DNA of 64,000 nt, taken from assembly GCF_056746865.1 (NCBI RefSeq), contig NZ_CM163382.1; one strand, 5' to 3'. Each line of letters starts with the position of its first letter. Position 1 is the stretch's first letter. This document shows, in pieces, positions 23,932-36,094 of the stretch. The notes under the pieces were generated by a model. It ran no database searches and had not been told where the DNA came from. It was given only the letters and a program-made list of their open reading frames with translations. The translations under genes were made by a program, and so were the position numbers.

Positions 23932-25949
23932 TGGATGCCCTGCAATTATTAACCTGGTCGCTGATCCTCTATCTGTTTGCCAGTCTGGCTTCGCTGTTTT
24001 TACTCGGTCTGGACAGACTGGCTATTAAGCTTTCCGGCATCACATCGCTGGTGGGTGGCGTGATTGGCATCATCAGCGGAATTACGCAATTACATGCAGG
24101 CGTAATTTTAGTCGCCCGTTTTGCCACGCCTTTTGACTTTGCCGATTTAACCCTGCGAATGGATAGCCTCTCGGCATTTATGGTGCTGGTTATCTCCTTG
24201 CTGGTGGTGGTTTGTTCGCTCTATTCATTGACTTATATGCGCGAATACGAGGGCAAAGGCGCGGCGGCGATGGGCTTCTTTATGAATCTTTTCATCGCAT
24301 CGATGGTTGCCCTGCTGGTGATGGACAACGCTTTTTGGTTCATCGTGCTGTTTGAAATGATGTCGCTGTCTTCCTGGTTTCTGGTCATTGCCAGGCAGGA
24401 TAAAACGTCAATCAACGCTGGCATGCTCTACTTTTTTATCGCCCACGCCGGATCGGTACTGATTATGATCGCCTTCTTGCTGATGGGGCGCGAAAGCGGC
24501 AGCCTCGATTTTGCCAGTTTCCGCACGCTTTCACTTTCTCCGGGGCTGGCGTCGGCGGTGTTCCTGCTGGCCTTCTTTGGTTTTGGCGCGAAAGCCGGGA
24601 TGATGCCGTTGCACAGCTGGTTGCCACGCGCTCACCCTGCCGCACCATCGCACGCTTCGGCGTTGATGTCTGGCGTAATGGTCAAAATCGGTATTTTCGG
24701 CATCCTGAAAGTAGCGATGGACCTGCTGGCGCAAACGGGTTTGCCGCTGTGGTGGGGCATTCTGGTGATGGCGATCGGCGCAATCTCCGCGCTCCTGGGC
24801 GTGCTGTATGCGCTGGCGGAACAGGATATCAAACGGCTGCTGGCCTGGAGTACCGTCGAAAACGTCGGCATTATTTTGCTGGCGGTCGGTGTGGCGATGG
24901 TCGGTCTGTCACTGCACGACCCGCTGCTCACCGTTGTTGGACTGCTCGGCGCGCTGTTTCATCTGCTCAACCATGCGCTGTTCAAAGGGCTGCTGTTTCT
25001 CGGCGCGGGTGCGATTATTTCGCGTTTGCATACCCACGACATGGAAAAAATGGGGGCACTGGCGAAACGTATGCCGTGGACAGCCGCAGCATGCCTGATT
25101 GGTTGCCTCGCGATATCTGCTATTCCTCCGCTGAATGGTTTTATCAGCGAATGGTACACCTGGCAGTCGCTGTTCTCACTAAGTCGTGTGGAAGCCGTAG
25201 CGCTACAACTTGCGGGTCCTATTGCTATGGTGATGCTGGCAGTCACTGGTGGGCTGGCAGTAATGTGCTTCGTCAAAATGTACGGTATTACTTTCTGTGG
25301 AGCGCCGCGCAGTACACACGCTGAAGAGGCACAGGAAGTGCCGAATACGATGATCGTCGCCATGCTACTGCTCGCGGCACTCTGCGTATTCATTGCGCTT
25401 AGTGCCAGTTGGCTGGCACCGAAGATAATGCACATTGCCCATGCGTTTACCAATACCCCTCCCGTCACTGTCGCCAGCGGAATAGCACTTGTACCAGGCA
25501 CGTTTCATACACGGGTCACTCCCTCATTACTGTTGCTGTTACTACTGGCGATGCCTTTGCTGCCTGGCCTTTACTGGCTGTGGTGTCGTTCGCGCCGCGC
25601 AGCGTTTCGTCGCACAGGAGATGCCTGGGCATGCGGCTACGGCTGGGAAAATGCGATGGCCCCGTCAGGCAATGGCGTGATGCAGCCGCTGCGTGTGGTC
25701 TTTTGTGCGCTATTTCGTCTACGACAACAGCTCGACCCTACGCTGAGGCTAAATAAAGGTCTTGCGCACGTCACCGCCAGGGCTCAGAGCACAGAACCCT
25801 TCTGGGATGAGCGGGTGATCCGCCCCATCGTGAGCGCCACCCAACGGCTGGCCAAAGAAGTACAGCATCTGCAAAGCGGCGACTTTCGTCTCTATTGCCT
25901 GTATGTGGTCGCCGCACTGGTTGTGCTGCTAATCGCTATTGCCGTCTAA
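23931..25949 (+). CDS. hyfB: hydrogenase-4 component B (NuoL/antiporter-like membrane subunit)
   Basis: 672-aa polytopic membrane ORF; start overlaps the hyfA stop. Confidence 0.9.
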   Translation: MDALQLLTWSLILYLFASLASLFLLGLDRLAIKLSGITSLVGGVIGIISGITQLHAGVILVARFATPFDFADLTLRMDSLSAFMVLVISLLVVVCSLYSLTYMREYEGKGAAAMGFFMNLFIASMVALLVMDNAFWFIVLFEMMSLSSWFLVIARQDKTSINAGMLYFFIAHAGSVLIMIAFLLMGRESGSLDFASFRTLSLSPGLASAVFLLAFFGFGAKAGMMPLHSWLPRAHPAAPSHASALMSGVMVKIGIFGILKVAMDLLAQTGLPLWWGILVMAIGAISALLGVLYALAEQDIKRLLAWSTVENVGIILLAVGVAMVGLSLHDPLLTVVGLLGALFHLLNHALFKGLLFLGAGAIISRLHTHDMEKMGALAKRMPWTAAACLIGCLAISAIPPLNGFISEWYTWQSLFSLSRVEAVALQLAGPIAMVMLAVTGGLAVMCFVKMYGITFCGAPRSTHAEEAQEVPNTMIVAMLLLAALCVFIALSASWLAPKIMHIAHAFTNTPPVTVASGIALVPGTFHTRVTPSLLLLLLLAMPLLPGLYWLWCRSRRAAFRRTGDAWACGYGWENAMAPSGNGVMQPLRVVFCALFRLRQQLDPTLRLNKGLAHVTARAQSTEPFWDERVIRPIVSATQRLAKEVQHLQSGDFRLYCLYVVAALVVLLIAIAV

Positions 25950-25959
25950 GGAAATCACC

Positions 25960-26907
25960 ATGAGACAAACTCTTTGCGACGGATATCTGGTCATTTTTGC
26001 GTTAGCACAGGCCGTGATTCTGCTGGTGCTAACCCCGCTTTTTACGGGGATTTCCCGGCAGATACGCGCGCGTATGCACTCCCGTCGCGGACCGGGGATC
26101 TGGCAGGATTATCGCGATATCCACAAACTGTTTAAACGCCAGGAAGTTGCGCCGACATCTTCAGGTCTGATGTTCCGCCTGATGCCGTGGGTATTAATCA
26201 GCAGCATGCTGGTGCTGGCGATGGCCCTACCACTATTTATTACTGTTTCCCCTTTTGCGGGCGGCGGCGATCTGATCACCCTTATCTATCTTCTTGCCCT
26301 GTTTCGTTTTTTCTTTGCTCTTTCCGGGCTGGATACCGGAAGCCCCTTTGCGGGAGTCGGTGCCAGTCGCGAGTTGACGCTCGGCATTCTGGTCGAACCC
26401 ATGCTCATTCTCTCACTGCTGGTATTGGCGCTGATAGCGGATTCCACGCATATCGAGATGATCAGCAATACGCTGGCGACGGGCTGGAACTCGCCGCTAA
26501 CCACCGTACTGGCGTTACTGGCCTGTGGTTTTGCCTGCTTCATTGAGATGGGAAAAATTCCCTTTGATGTTGCTGAAGCAGAACAGGAATTACAGGAAGG
26601 CCCGCTGACCGAATATTCCGGTGCCGGGCTGGCGCTGGCGAAATGGGGGCTGGGGCTGAAACAGGTCGTGATGGCATCACTGTTTGTGGCCCTGTTTCTG
26701 CCCTTTGGGCGCGCGCAAGAGCTTTCTCTCACCTGCCTGCTGACTTCACTTGTCGTTACGCTGCTCAAGGTTTTGCTGATTTTTGTACTGGCCTCAATCG
26801 CAGAAAACACGCTGGCACGCGGGCGTTTTTTACTCATTCACCATGTGACCTGGCTTGGCTTCAGCCTTGCTGCGCTTGCCTGGGTCTTCTGGTTAACCGG
26901 TCTGTAA
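25960..26907 (+). CDS. hyfC: hydrogenase-4 component C (NuoH-like membrane subunit)
   Basis: ORF 25939-26907; start placed at ATG 25960 (MRQTLCDGYLVIFALAQ...), 315 aa. Confidence 0.9.
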   Translation: MRQTLCDGYLVIFALAQAVILLVLTPLFTGISRQIRARMHSRRGPGIWQDYRDIHKLFKRQEVAPTSSGLMFRLMPWVLISSMLVLAMALPLFITVSPFAGGGDLITLIYLLALFRFFFALSGLDTGSPFAGVGASRELTLGILVEPMLILSLLVLALIADSTHIEMISNTLATGWNSPLTTVLALLACGFACFIEMGKIPFDVAEAEQELQEGPLTEYSGAGLALAKWGLGLKQVVMASLFVALFLPFGRAQELSLTCLLTSLVVTLLKVLLIFVLASIAENTLARGRFLLIHHVTWLGFSLAALAWVFWLTGL

Positions 26908-26923
26908 GGAGCACTGACGGAAT

Positions 26924-28363
26924 ATGGAAAATCTTGCTCTGACGACGTTATTGCTGCCTTTTATCGGCGCACTGGTCGTTTCGTTTTCGCCACAACGTCG
27001 GGCCGCCGAATGGGGAGTTTTGTTCGCCGCGCTGACCACGCTGTGCATGTTGTCACTGATCTCCGCGTTTTATCAGGCCGATAAAGTTGCCGTCACGTTG
27101 ACGTTGGTCAACGTGGGGGATGTGGCGTTGTTTGGCCTGGTCATTGATCGCGTGAGTACGCTGATTCTGTTTGTGGTGGTGTTTCTCGGTTTGCTGGTCA
27201 CGATCTACTCCACGGGTTATCTGACGGATAAAAATCGCGAACACCCGCATAACGGCACGAATCGTTATTACGCATTTTTGCTGGTGTTTATCGGCGCGAT
27301 GGCGGGACTGGTACTCTCCTCGACGCTGCTCGGTCAGTTGTTGTTTTTTGAAATTACGGGCGGCTGCTCCTGGGCGTTGATCAGTTATTACCAGAGCGAT
27401 AAAGCGCAGCGTTCAGCACTAAAAGCGTTGCTTATCACTCATATCGGTTCGCTGGGGTTGTATCTTGCCGCCGCCACGCTGTTTTTGCAGACCGGAACGT
27501 TTGCGCTCAGCGCGATGAGCGAGTTACACGGCGACGCACGCTATCTGGTTTATGGTGGCATCCTGTTTGCCGCGTGGGGGAAATCGGCCCAGCTACCGAT
27601 GCAAGCGTGGCTACCGGATGCAATGGAAGCGCCAACACCGATCAGCGCCTATCTCCACGCCGCATCGATGGTGAAAGTGGGCGTTTACATTTTTGCCCGT
27701 GCCATTATCGACGGCGGCAATATCCCGCATGTGATTGGCGGCGTTGGCATGGTTATGGCACTGGTCACCATTCTTTATGGCTTCCTGATGTATTTGCCAC
27801 AGCAGGATATGAAGCGGTTGCTGGCCTGGTCGACCATCACTCAACTTGGCTGGATGTTTTTCGGCTTGTCGCTCTCCATCTTCGGTTCGCGGCTGGCGCT
27901 GGAGGGCAGCATCGCCTACATCGTCAACCACGCGTTCGCTAAAAGCCTGTTTTTCCTTGTAGCAGGTGCGCTGAGTTACAGCTGCGGCACGCGCTTGTTG
28001 CCGCGTCTGCGTGGCGTATTGCACACCCTGCCGTTGCCTGGCGTGGGTTTCTGCGTGGCAGCGCTGGCAATTACCGGCGTGCCGCCGTTCAACGGCTTCT
28101 TCAGTAAATTCCCGCTGTTTGCCGCCGGTTTTGCGTTGTCAGTGGAGTACTGGATCCTGCTGCCCGCCATGATTCTGCTGATGATTGAATCGGTCGCCAG
28201 TTTCGCCTGGTTTATTCGCTGGTTTGGTCGCGTCGTGCCTGGCAAACCGAGCGAGGCCGTCGCCGATGCCGCACCGCTGCCAGGATCAATGCGCCTGGTG
28301 TTGATTGTACTGATTGTGATGTCGCTGATTTCCAGCGTAATCGCCGCGACCTGGTTGCAGTAA
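26924..28363 (+). CDS. hyfD: hydrogenase-4 component D (antiporter-like membrane subunit)
   Basis: 479-aa polytopic membrane ORF; length matches HyfD. Confidence 0.9.
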   Translation: MENLALTTLLLPFIGALVVSFSPQRRAAEWGVLFAALTTLCMLSLISAFYQADKVAVTLTLVNVGDVALFGLVIDRVSTLILFVVVFLGLLVTIYSTGYLTDKNREHPHNGTNRYYAFLLVFIGAMAGLVLSSTLLGQLLFFEITGGCSWALISYYQSDKAQRSALKALLITHIGSLGLYLAAATLFLQTGTFALSAMSELHGDARYLVYGGILFAAWGKSAQLPMQAWLPDAMEAPTPISAYLHAASMVKVGVYIFARAIIDGGNIPHVIGGVGMVMALVTILYGFLMYLPQQDMKRLLAWSTITQLGWMFFGLSLSIFGSRLALEGSIAYIVNHAFAKSLFFLVAGALSYSCGTRLLPRLRGVLHTLPLPGVGFCVAALAITGVPPFNGFFSKFPLFAAGFALSVEYWILLPAMILLMIESVASFAWFIRWFGRVVPGKPSEAVADAAPLPGSMRLVLIVLIVMSLISSVIAATWLQ

Positions 28364-28374
28364 GGAGATGATGA

Positions 28375-29025
28375 ATGACCGGTTCTATGATCGTAAATAA
28401 TCTGGCGGGACTGATGATGCTGACATCGCTGTTTGTGATTAGCGTCAAAAGCTATCGCCTGTCATGCGGATTTTACGCCTGCCAGTCGCTGGTGCTGGTG
28501 TCTATTTTCGCCACTCTCTCGTGCCTGTTCGCCGCAGAGCAACTGCTGATCTGGTCCGCCAGCGCCTTTATCACCAAAGTGCTGCTGGTACCGTTAATCA
28601 TGACTTACGCTGCACGAAATATTCCCCAGAACATCCCGGAAAAAGCGTTATTCGGTCCGGCAATGATGACACTGCTCGCGGCGTTAATTGTCCTGCTTTG
28701 CGCATTTGTCGTTCAGCCCGTGAAGCTACCGATGGCTACCGGGCTGAAACCGGCGCTGGCGGTGGCGTTAGGTCATTTTCTGCTTGGCCTGCTGTGCATT
28801 GTCAGCCAGCGCAATATCCTGCGGCAAATTTTTGGTTACTGCCTGATGGAAAACGGCTCCCATCTGGTACTGGCGCTTCTTGCCTGGCGTGCACCGGAAC
28901 TGGTGGAAATTGGTATCGCTACCGACGCCATCTTCGCCGTCATTGTGATGGTGTTACTGGCAAGAAAAATATGGCGTACCCACGGCACGCTGGACGTGAA
29001 CAACTTGACCGCGCTGAAGGGATAA
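28375..29025 (+). CDS. hyfE: hydrogenase-4 component E (membrane subunit)
   Basis: 216-aa hydrophobic ORF; length matches HyfE. Confidence 0.9.
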   Translation: MTGSMIVNNLAGLMMLTSLFVISVKSYRLSCGFYACQSLVLVSIFATLSCLFAAEQLLIWSASAFITKVLLVPLIMTYAARNIPQNIPEKALFGPAMMTLLAALIVLLCAFVVQPVKLPMATGLKPALAVALGHFLLGLLCIVSQRNILRQIFGYCLMENGSHLVLALLAWRAPELVEIGIATDAIFAVIVMVLLARKIWRTHGTLDVNNLTALKG

Positions 29026-29029
29026 TGAG

Positions 29030-30610
29030 ATGAGTTATTCTGTGATGTTCGCTTTACTCCTGCTCACGCCGCTGCTTTTTTCGCTGCTCTGTTTTGCCTG
29101 CCGGAAACGGGGGCACTCTGCGACTCGCACGGTGACAGTACTACATGGCTTAGGGATCACACTGCTGCTGATTCTGGCACTGTGGGTGGTCCAAACTGCC
29201 GCTGATGCGGGAGAAATATTCGCTGCGGGACTGTGGCTTCACATTGATGGTCTGGGCGGTTTGTTCCTCGCCATTCTTGGTGTGATTGGCTTTCTCACCG
29301 GTGTTTACTCGATTGGCTACATGCGTCATGAAGTGGCACACGGCGAGCTTTCACCCGTTACGCTGTGCGATTACTACGGTTTCTTCCATCTGTTTTTGTT
29401 CACCATGCTGCTGGTTGTTACCAGCAATAACCTGATTGTGATGTGGGCGGCAATCGAAGCCACCACCTTAAGCTCGGCGTTTCTGGTAGGCATTTACGGT
29501 CAGCGTTCATCGCTGGAAGCTGCATGGAAGTACATCATTATTTGTACTGTTGGTGTCGCTTTTGGTCTGTTCGGTACCGTGCTGGTATACGCCAACGCCG
29601 CCAGCGTTATGCCGCAGGCAGAAATGGCGATATTCTGGAGCGAGGTTCTTAAGCAATCGTCCTTGCTTGACCCAACATTAATGCTGTTGGCCTTTGTGTT
29701 TGTGCTAATTGGCTTTGGCACCAAAACCGGGCTTTTTCCCATGCACGCCTGGCTGCCGGATGCTCACAGTGAAGCGCCGAGTCCGGTCAGCGCCCTGCTC
29801 TCCGCCGTATTGCTGAACTGCGCGCTGTTGGTGCTTATTCGCTATTACATCATTATTTGCCAGGCCATCGGCAGCGATTTCCCCAACCGGTTGTTGCTCA
29901 TCTTCGGCATGTTGTCGGTTGCCGTGGCGGCATTTTTCATTCTGGTACAGCGGGACATTAAGCGTCTGCTGGCGTACTCCAGCGTGGAGAACATGGGACT
30001 GGTCGCGGTGGCGTTAGGCATTGGCGGGCCGCTGGGAATTTTTGCCGCGCTGCTGCACACCTTAAACCACAGTCTGGCAAAAACGCTGTTGTTCTGCGGT
30101 TCCGGCAATGTACTGCTCAAGTACGGCACGCGCGATCTCAACGTCGTCTGTGGGATGCTCAAAATCATGCCATTTACCGCCGTGTTGTTTGGCGGCGGTG
30201 CGCTGGCGCTGGCCGGGATGCCGCCCTTCAACATTTTTCTTAGCGAATTTATGACCGTTACCGCCGGACTGGCACGTAATCACCTGCTGATTATCGTCCT
30301 GCTGTTATTGCTGTTAACGCTGGTGCTGGCGGGCCTGGTACGGATGGCTGCGCGGGTGTTAATGGCGAAACCGCCGCAGGCCGTTAACCGGGGTGAACTT
30401 GGCTGGTTGACCACCTCGCCAATGGTGATTCTGCTGGTCATGATGCTGGCGATGGGAACGCATATTCCACAACCTGTCATCAGGATCCTGGCAGGCGCTT
30501 CCACTATAGTCCTCTCAGGGACGCACGACCTGCCTGCACAACGTAGCACCTGGCATGATTTTTTGCCTTCAGGCACCGCATCTGTTTCGGAGAAACACAG
30601 TGAACGTTAA
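29030..30610 (+). CDS. hyfF: hydrogenase-4 component F (NuoN/antiporter-like membrane subunit)
   Basis: 526-aa polytopic membrane ORF; length matches HyfF. Confidence 0.9.
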   Translation: MSYSVMFALLLLTPLLFSLLCFACRKRGHSATRTVTVLHGLGITLLLILALWVVQTAADAGEIFAAGLWLHIDGLGGLFLAILGVIGFLTGVYSIGYMRHEVAHGELSPVTLCDYYGFFHLFLFTMLLVVTSNNLIVMWAAIEATTLSSAFLVGIYGQRSSLEAAWKYIIICTVGVAFGLFGTVLVYANAASVMPQAEMAIFWSEVLKQSSLLDPTLMLLAFVFVLIGFGTKTGLFPMHAWLPDAHSEAPSPVSALLSAVLLNCALLVLIRYYIIICQAIGSDFPNRLLLIFGMLSVAVAAFFILVQRDIKRLLAYSSVENMGLVAVALGIGGPLGIFAALLHTLNHSLAKTLLFCGSGNVLLKYGTRDLNVVCGMLKIMPFTAVLFGGGALALAGMPPFNIFLSEFMTVTAGLARNHLLIIVLLLLLLTLVLAGLVRMAARVLMAKPPQAVNRGELGWLTTSPMVILLVMMLAMGTHIPQPVIRILAGASTIVLSGTHDLPAQRSTWHDFLPSGTASVSEKHSER

Positions 30611-32315
30611 TTCATCGTCAAATCGTGGCGAAGCGATTCTCGCCGCCCTGAAAACGCAGTTCCCCGGCGCGGTGCTGGATGAAGAGCGACAAACGCCTGA
30701 ACAGGTCACCATTACGGTGAAAATCAATCTGCTGCCTGACGTTGTGCATTATCTTTATTATCAACATGATGGCTGGCTTCCAGTCCTGTTTGGCAACGAC
30801 GAGCGGACACTTAACGGTCATTACGCGGTTTATTATGCCCTTTCTATGGAAGGGGCCGAAAAATGCTGGATCGTGGTGAAGGCACTGGTCGATGCCGACA
30901 GTCGGGAGTTTCCGTCAGTCACACCGCGCGTCCCTGCCGCGGTCTGGGGCGAGCGAGAAATTCGCGATATGTACGGGCTGATTCCGGTTGGCCTGCCGGA
31001 TCAGCGTCGGCTGGTGTTGCCCGATGACTGGCCGGAAGATATGCATCCGCTGCGCAAAGACGCGATGGATTATCGACTGCGCCCAGAACCGACGACTGAT
31101 ACCGAAACGTATCCGTTTATCAACGAGGGCAACAGCGATGCGCGGGTGATCCCTGTCGGCCCGCTGCATATCACCTCCGATGAACCAGGTCACTTCCGCT
31201 TGTTTGTGGATGGCGAGCAAATTGTCGATGCTGATTACCGCCTGTTTTATGTCCATCGCGGCATGGAGAAACTGGCAGAAACGCGGATGGGCTACAACGA
31301 AGTGACCTTCTTATCCGACCGCGTGTGTGGGATTTGCGGTTTTGCCCACAGTGTGGCCTATACCAACTCGGTTGAAAATGCACTTGGGATTGAGGTGCCG
31401 CAACGAGCGCATACTATTCGCTCGATTCTGCTGGAAGTCGAACGGCTACACAGTCATTTGCTCAACCTTGGTCTCTCCTGCCATTTTGTTGGTTTTGATA
31501 CCGGCTTTATGCAATTTTTCCGCGTGCGGGAAAAGTCGATGACAATGGCGGAATTGCTGACCGGGTCGCGTAAAACCTACGGTCTGAATCTGATTGGTGG
31601 TGTTCGCCGCGATATTCTCAAAGAGCAACGTCTGCAAACGCTGAAACTGGTGCGCGAGATGCGAGCCGACGTGTCGGAGCTGGTAGAGATGCTGCTTGCC
31701 ACGCCGAATATGGAACAACGCACTCAGGGCATTGGCATTCTCGACCGACAAATCGCCCGTGATTATAGCCCCGTAGGGCCGCTGATCCGCGGCAGTGGTT
31801 TTGCCCGTGATTTGCGCTTTGATCACCCCTACGCCGACTACGGCAATATTCCCAAAACGCTGTTTACCTTTACCGGCGGCGATGTCTTCTCCCGCGTGAT
31901 GGTCCGTGTAAAAGAGACGTTTGATTCGCTGGCAATGCTGGAATTTGCCCTCGACAACATGCCAGATACCCCACTGCTGACCGAAGGCTTTAGCTATAAA
32001 CCTCACGCATTCGCGCTGGGCTTTGTTGAAGCGCCACGTGGTGAAGACGTGCACTGGAGCATGCTCGGTGATAACCAAAAATTGTTCCGCTGGCGCTGTC
32101 GTGCCGCCACCTACGCCAACTGGCCAGTGCTACGTTACATGCTGCGCGGCAATACCGTTTCTGACGCACCGCTGATTATCGGTAGCCTTGATCCCTGCTA
32201 CTCCTGTACCGACCGTGTGACGCTGGTTGATGTGCGCAAGCGCCAGTCAAAAACCGTGCCGTATAAAGAGATCGAACGCTACGGCATTGATCGTAACCGT
32301 TCGCCGCTGAAGTAA
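30600..32315 (+). CDS. hyfG: hydrogenase-4 large ([NiFe] catalytic) subunit
   Basis: ORF 30555-32315; start placed at GTG 30600 ((M)[17 protein letters not shown]...), overlapping the hyfF 3' end by 11 nt; N-terminal [10 protein letters not shown] and C-terminal DPCYSC [NiFe] ligand motifs. Exact start uncertain. Confidence 0.85.
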   Translation: MNVNSSSNRGEAILAALKTQFPGAVLDEERQTPEQVTITVKINLLPDVVHYLYYQHDGWLPVLFGNDERTLNGHYAVYYALSMEGAEKCWIVVKALVDADSREFPSVTPRVPAAVWGEREIRDMYGLIPVGLPDQRRLVLPDDWPEDMHPLRKDAMDYRLRPEPTTDTETYPFINEGNSDARVIPVGPLHITSDEPGHFRLFVDGEQIVDADYRLFYVHRGMEKLAETRMGYNEVTFLSDRVCGICGFAHSVAYTNSVENALGIEVPQRAHTIRSILLEVERLHSHLLNLGLSCHFVGFDTGFMQFFRVREKSMTMAELLTGSRKTYGLNLIGGVRRDILKEQRLQTLKLVREMRADVSELVEMLLATPNMEQRTQGIGILDRQIARDYSPVGPLIRGSGFARDLRFDHPYADYGNIPKTLFTFTGGDVFSRVMVRVKETFDSLAMLEFALDNMPDTPLLTEGFSYKPHAFALGFVEAPRGEDVHWSMLGDNQKLFRWRCRAATYANWPVLRYMLRGNTVSDAPLIIGSLDPCYSCTDRVTLVDVRKRQSKTVPYKEIERYGIDRNRSPLK

Positions 32316-32324
32316 GGACAGAAG

Positions 32325-32870
32325 ATGCTGAAGTTACTGAAAACTATTATGCGCGCCGGAACCGCGACGGTGAAATATCCCTTCGCGCCACTGGAGGTCA
32401 GCCCAGGCTTTCGCGGGAAACCGGACCTGATGCCCAGCCAATGTATTGCCTGCGGTGCCTGCGCCTGTGCTTGTCCGGCAAATGCGCTGACTATCCAGAC
32501 CGACGACCAGCAAAATACGCGCACCTGGCAGCTCTATCTGGGGCGTTGTATTTACTGCGGACGTTGTGAAGAAGTGTGCCCGACCAGAGCCATTCAGCTT
32601 ACCAATAACTTTGAACTGACCGTCACCAATAAAGCCGATCTCTATACCCGCGCGACGTTCCATCTACAACGTTGCAGCCGTTGCGAACGCCCGTTTGCCC
32701 CGCAAAAAACCGTCGCACTGGCTGCAGAACTGTTGGCACAGCAACAAAATGCACCACAAAACCGCGAAATGTTACGGGCGCAAGCGAGCGTCTGCCCGGA
32801 ATGCAAACAGCGCGCGACGCTGATCAACGACGACACAGATGAACCGCTGGTGGCTAAGGAGCAGCTATGA
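32325..32870 (+). CDS. hyfH: hydrogenase-4 component H (2x[4Fe-4S] ferredoxin-type subunit)
   Basis: 181-aa ORF with two CxxCxxCxxxCP clusters. Confidence 0.9.
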   Translation: MLKLLKTIMRAGTATVKYPFAPLEVSPGFRGKPDLMPSQCIACGACACACPANALTIQTDDQQNTRTWQLYLGRCIYCGRCEEVCPTRAIQLTNNFELTVTNKADLYTRATFHLQRCSRCERPFAPQKTVALAAELLAQQQNAPQNREMLRAQASVCPECKQRATLINDDTDEPLVAKEQL

Positions 32871-33625
32871 GTCCAGTGCTTACGCAACATGTCAGCCAGC
32901 CCATCACGCTGGACGAGCAAACGCAAAAGATGAAGCAGCATTTGCTACAGGATATCCGTCGCTCGGCTTACGTTTATCGCGTCGATTGCGGCGGCTGCAA
33001 CGCCTGTGAAATCGAAATTTTTGCTGCCATCACACCCGTATTCGACGCAGAACGTTTTGGCATTAAGGTTGTTTCATCACCGCGTCACGCCGATATTTTG
33101 TTATTTACTGGCGCAGTCACCCGGGCGATGCGTATGCCTGCACTTCGGGCGTATGAGTCTGCCCCCGATCATAAAATTTGTGTTTCCTACGGCGCGTGCG
33201 GTGTCGGCGGCGGTATTTTCCACGATCTTTACAGCGTCTGGGGCGGCAGCGACACCATTGTCCCCATTGATGTTTGGATCCCCGGCTGCCCGCCAACACC
33301 GGCCGCCACCATTCACGGTTTCGCCGTGGCGCTCGGTTTGCTGCAACAGAAGATTCACGCGGTGGATTATCGCGATCCCACCGGGGAGACCATGCAACCG
33401 CTGTGGCCGCAGATCCCGCCATCACAGCGTATCGCCATTGAGCGAGAAGCGAGGCGGCTGGCGGGCTATCGTCAGGGGCGAGAAATTTGCGATCGGCTCC
33501 TGCGCCATTTAAGCGACGATCCTACAGGAAATCGGGTTAACACCTGGTTGCGCGATGCCGACGATCCGCGTCTCAATAGTATCGTTCAGCAACTCTTTCG
33601 CGTACTCCGGGGGTTACATGACTGA
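32867..33625 (+). CDS. hyfI: hydrogenase-4 small subunit (NuoB-like)
   Basis: 252-aa ORF; NuoB-type Cys motifs (CGGCNAC, GACG, CPP); start overlaps the hyfH stop. Confidence 0.9.
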   Translation: MSPVLTQHVSQPITLDEQTQKMKQHLLQDIRRSAYVYRVDCGGCNACEIEIFAAITPVFDAERFGIKVVSSPRHADILLFTGAVTRAMRMPALRAYESAPDHKICVSYGACGVGGGIFHDLYSVWGGSDTIVPIDVWIPGCPPTPAATIHGFAVALGLLQQKIHAVDYRDPTGETMQPLWPQIPPSQRIAIEREARRLAGYRQGREICDRLLRHLSDDPTGNRVNTWLRDADDPRLNSIVQQLFRVLRGLHD

Positions 33626-34031
33626 AGAGTGCAGGGAAATTGTTTTCTGGACGCTGCGAAAAAAGTTTGTCGCCAGTAGCGACGAGATGCCGGAACACAG
33701 CTCCCAGGTAATGTATTACTCGCTAGCTATCGGCCATCACGTTGGCGTGATTGATTGTCTGAATGTCGCCTTCCGCTGCCCACTGACGGAATACGAAGAT
33801 TGGCTTGCACTGGTCGAAGAGGAGCAAGCCCGACGTAAGATGCTGGGGGTGATGACCTTTGGTGAGATTGTTATTGACGCCAGCCACACCACCCTGTTGA
33901 CCCGGGCATTCGCGCCACTGGCAGATGACGCGACGTCTGTGTGGCAGGCGCGTAGCATTCAATTCATTCATCTGTTGGATGAAATTGTGCAGGAACCGGC
34001 CATCTATCTGATGGCCAGAAAAATTGCGTGA
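33618..34031 (+). CDS. hyfJ: hydrogenase-4 component J (HycH-like maturation/assembly protein)
   Basis: ORF 33555-34031; start placed at ATG 33618 ([17 protein letters not shown]...), 137 aa. Confidence 0.85.
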   Translation: MTEECREIVFWTLRKKFVASSDEMPEHSSQVMYYSLAIGHHVGVIDCLNVAFRCPLTEYEDWLALVEEEQARRKMLGVMTFGEIVIDASHTTLLTRAFAPLADDATSVWQARSIQFIHLLDEIVQEPAIYLMARKIA

Positions 34032-34060
34032 GAAGGATTTCTCATTAATAAGGACTGTTG

Positions 34061-36073
34061 ATGGCTATGTCAGACGAGGCGATGTTTGCCCCGCCGCAAG
34101 GAATAACAATTGAAGCGGTAAACGGAATGCTCGCGGAGCGGTTAGCGCAGAAACACGGCAAGGCGTCTTTATTACGCGCCTTCATCCCGCTGCCGCCGCC
34201 GTTCAGCCCGGTACAACTTATTGAACTGCACGTTCTCAAAAGCAACTTCTATTACCGCTACCATGATGATGGCAGCGATGTGACGGCAACAGCAGAGTAT
34301 CAGGGCGAGATGGTCGATTATTCGCGTCACGCCGTCCTTCTCGGCAGTAGTGGAATGGCGGAGCTACGCTTTATTCGCACCCACGGCAGTCGTTTTACTC
34401 CCCAGGATTGCACACTGTTTAACTGGCTGGCACACATAATCACTCCGGTTCTGCAATCATGGCTCAATGATGAAGAACAGCAGGTGGCGCTGCGTTTGCT
34501 GGAGAAAGATCGCGATCATCATCGGGTACTGGTGGATATCACTAATGCAGTGTTGTCACATCTTGATCTCGACGATCTGATCGCTGACGTCGCTCGTGAG
34601 ATCCATCATTTTTTCGGTCTGGCTTCAGTCAGTATGGTACTGGGCGATCATCGAAAGAACGAGAAGTTCAGCCTGTGGTGCAGCGATCTTTCTGCCTCAC
34701 ATTGTGCGTGTCTGCCACGCTGTATGCCTGGCGAAAGTGTATTGCTGACACAAACGCTACAAACCCGACAACCGACCTTGACGCACCGTGCAGACGATCT
34801 GTTTCTCTGGCAACGCGACCCGTTATTACACTTACTTGCATCTAACGGCTGCGAATCTGCGCTCCTTATACCGCTCACCTTTGGCAACCATACACCGGGC
34901 ACATTGTTGCTGGCGCATACCTCTTCCACTCTCTTTAGTGAGGAAAACTGCCAGCTACTACAACATATTGCCGATCGCATCGCTATTGCCGTTGGCAATG
35001 CCGATGCCTGGCGCAGCATGACCGATTTGCAGGAAAGCTTGCAGCAAGAAAACCACCAGCTTAGCGAGCAGCTCCTTTCGAATCTGGGCGTCGGTGACAT
35101 TATCTATCAAAGCCAGGCAATGGAAGATTTGCTCCAGCAGGTAGATATTGTGGCGAAGAGCGACAGTACGGTGTTGATTTGTGGTGAAACCGGAACCGGC
35201 AAAGAGGTGATCGCCAGAGCGATCCATCAACTTAGCCCACGACGCGACAAGCCACTGGTCAAAATCAACTGCGCTGCCATCCCCGCCAGTCTTCTGGAAA
35301 GTGAGTTATTCGGTCATGACAAAGGGGCATTTACTGGTGCGATTAATACCCATCGTGGTCGTTTTGAAATTGCCGATGGCGGCACGTTGTTTCTCGATGA
35401 AATTGGCGATCTGCCGTTAGAACTTCAGCCTAAACTGCTGCGCGTATTGCAGGAACGGGAGATTGAGCGTCTCGGCGGGAGTAGAACGATCCCGGTAAAT
35501 GTCAGAGTCATTGCCGCCACCAACCGTGATTTGTGGCAAATGGTTGAAGATCGCCAGTTTCGCAGCGATCTCTTTTATCGCCTGAATGTCTTCCCACTGG
35601 AATTGCCCCCGCTACGCGACCGTCCGGAAGATATCCCTCTTTTAGCAAAACATTTCACGCAAAAAATGGCGCGCCATATGAATCGCGCAATTGACGCCAT
35701 CCCGACCGAGGCGCTACGCCAGTTGATGTCGTGGGACTGGCCGGGCAACGTGCGCGAGCTGGAAAACGTGATTGAGCGGGCGGTACTACTGACTCGCGGT
35801 AACAGTCTGAATTTACATCTTAATGTCCGACAAAGCCGTTTACTGCCGACGCTAAATGAAGATTCAGCGCTTCGCAGTTCAATGGCACAGTTGCTGCACC
35901 CGACGACGCCAGAGAATGACGAAGAAGAACGTCAGCGCATTGTTCAGGTATTGCGAGAAACCAATGGCATTGTTGCCGGGCCCCGTGGCGCGGCGACACG
36001 ATTAGGGATGAAGCGCACCACGCTGCTGTCACGAATGCAGCGTCTGGGGATCTCGGTTCGCGAGGTGTTGTAA
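34061..36073 (+). CDS. hyfR: sigma-54-dependent transcriptional activator of the hyf operon (FhlA-like)
   Basis: ORF 34058-36073; start at ATG 34061 (MAMSDEAMF...), 670 aa; AAA+ sigma-54 activator motifs ([14 protein letters not shown]) and C-terminal HTH. Confidence 0.9.
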   Translation: MAMSDEAMFAPPQGITIEAVNGMLAERLAQKHGKASLLRAFIPLPPPFSPVQLIELHVLKSNFYYRYHDDGSDVTATAEYQGEMVDYSRHAVLLGSSGMAELRFIRTHGSRFTPQDCTLFNWLAHIITPVLQSWLNDEEQQVALRLLEKDRDHHRVLVDITNAVLSHLDLDDLIADVAREIHHFFGLASVSMVLGDHRKNEKFSLWCSDLSASHCACLPRCMPGESVLLTQTLQTRQPTLTHRADDLFLWQRDPLLHLLASNGCESALLIPLTFGNHTPGTLLLAHTSSTLFSEENCQLLQHIADRIAIAVGNADAWRSMTDLQESLQQENHQLSEQLLSNLGVGDIIYQSQAMEDLLQQVDIVAKSDSTVLICGETGTGKEVIARAIHQLSPRRDKPLVKINCAAIPASLLESELFGHDKGAFTGAINTHRGRFEIADGGTLFLDEIGDLPLELQPKLLRVLQEREIERLGGSRTIPVNVRVIAATNRDLWQMVEDRQFRSDLFYRLNVFPLELPPLRDRPEDIPLLAKHFTQKMARHMNRAIDAIPTEALRQLMSWDWPGNVRELENVIERAVLLTRGNSLNLHLNVRQSRLLPTLNEDSALRSSMAQLLHPTTPENDEEERQRIVQVLRETNGIVAGPRGAATRLGMKRTTLLSRMQRLGISVREVL

Positions 36074-36094
36074 TCTGCTTTTGCAGGAGTATTC

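Noticed and set aside
24959-25501. 180-aa minus-strand ORF, and other 60-190 aa ORFs on either strand inside the hyf genes (24749-25324, 26286-26837, 27611-28024, 31446-32078, 33006-33512)
   Set aside because: All overlap hyf coding frames whose products are recognisable membrane or Fe-S subunits; GC-rich antisense or out-of-frame artefacts.
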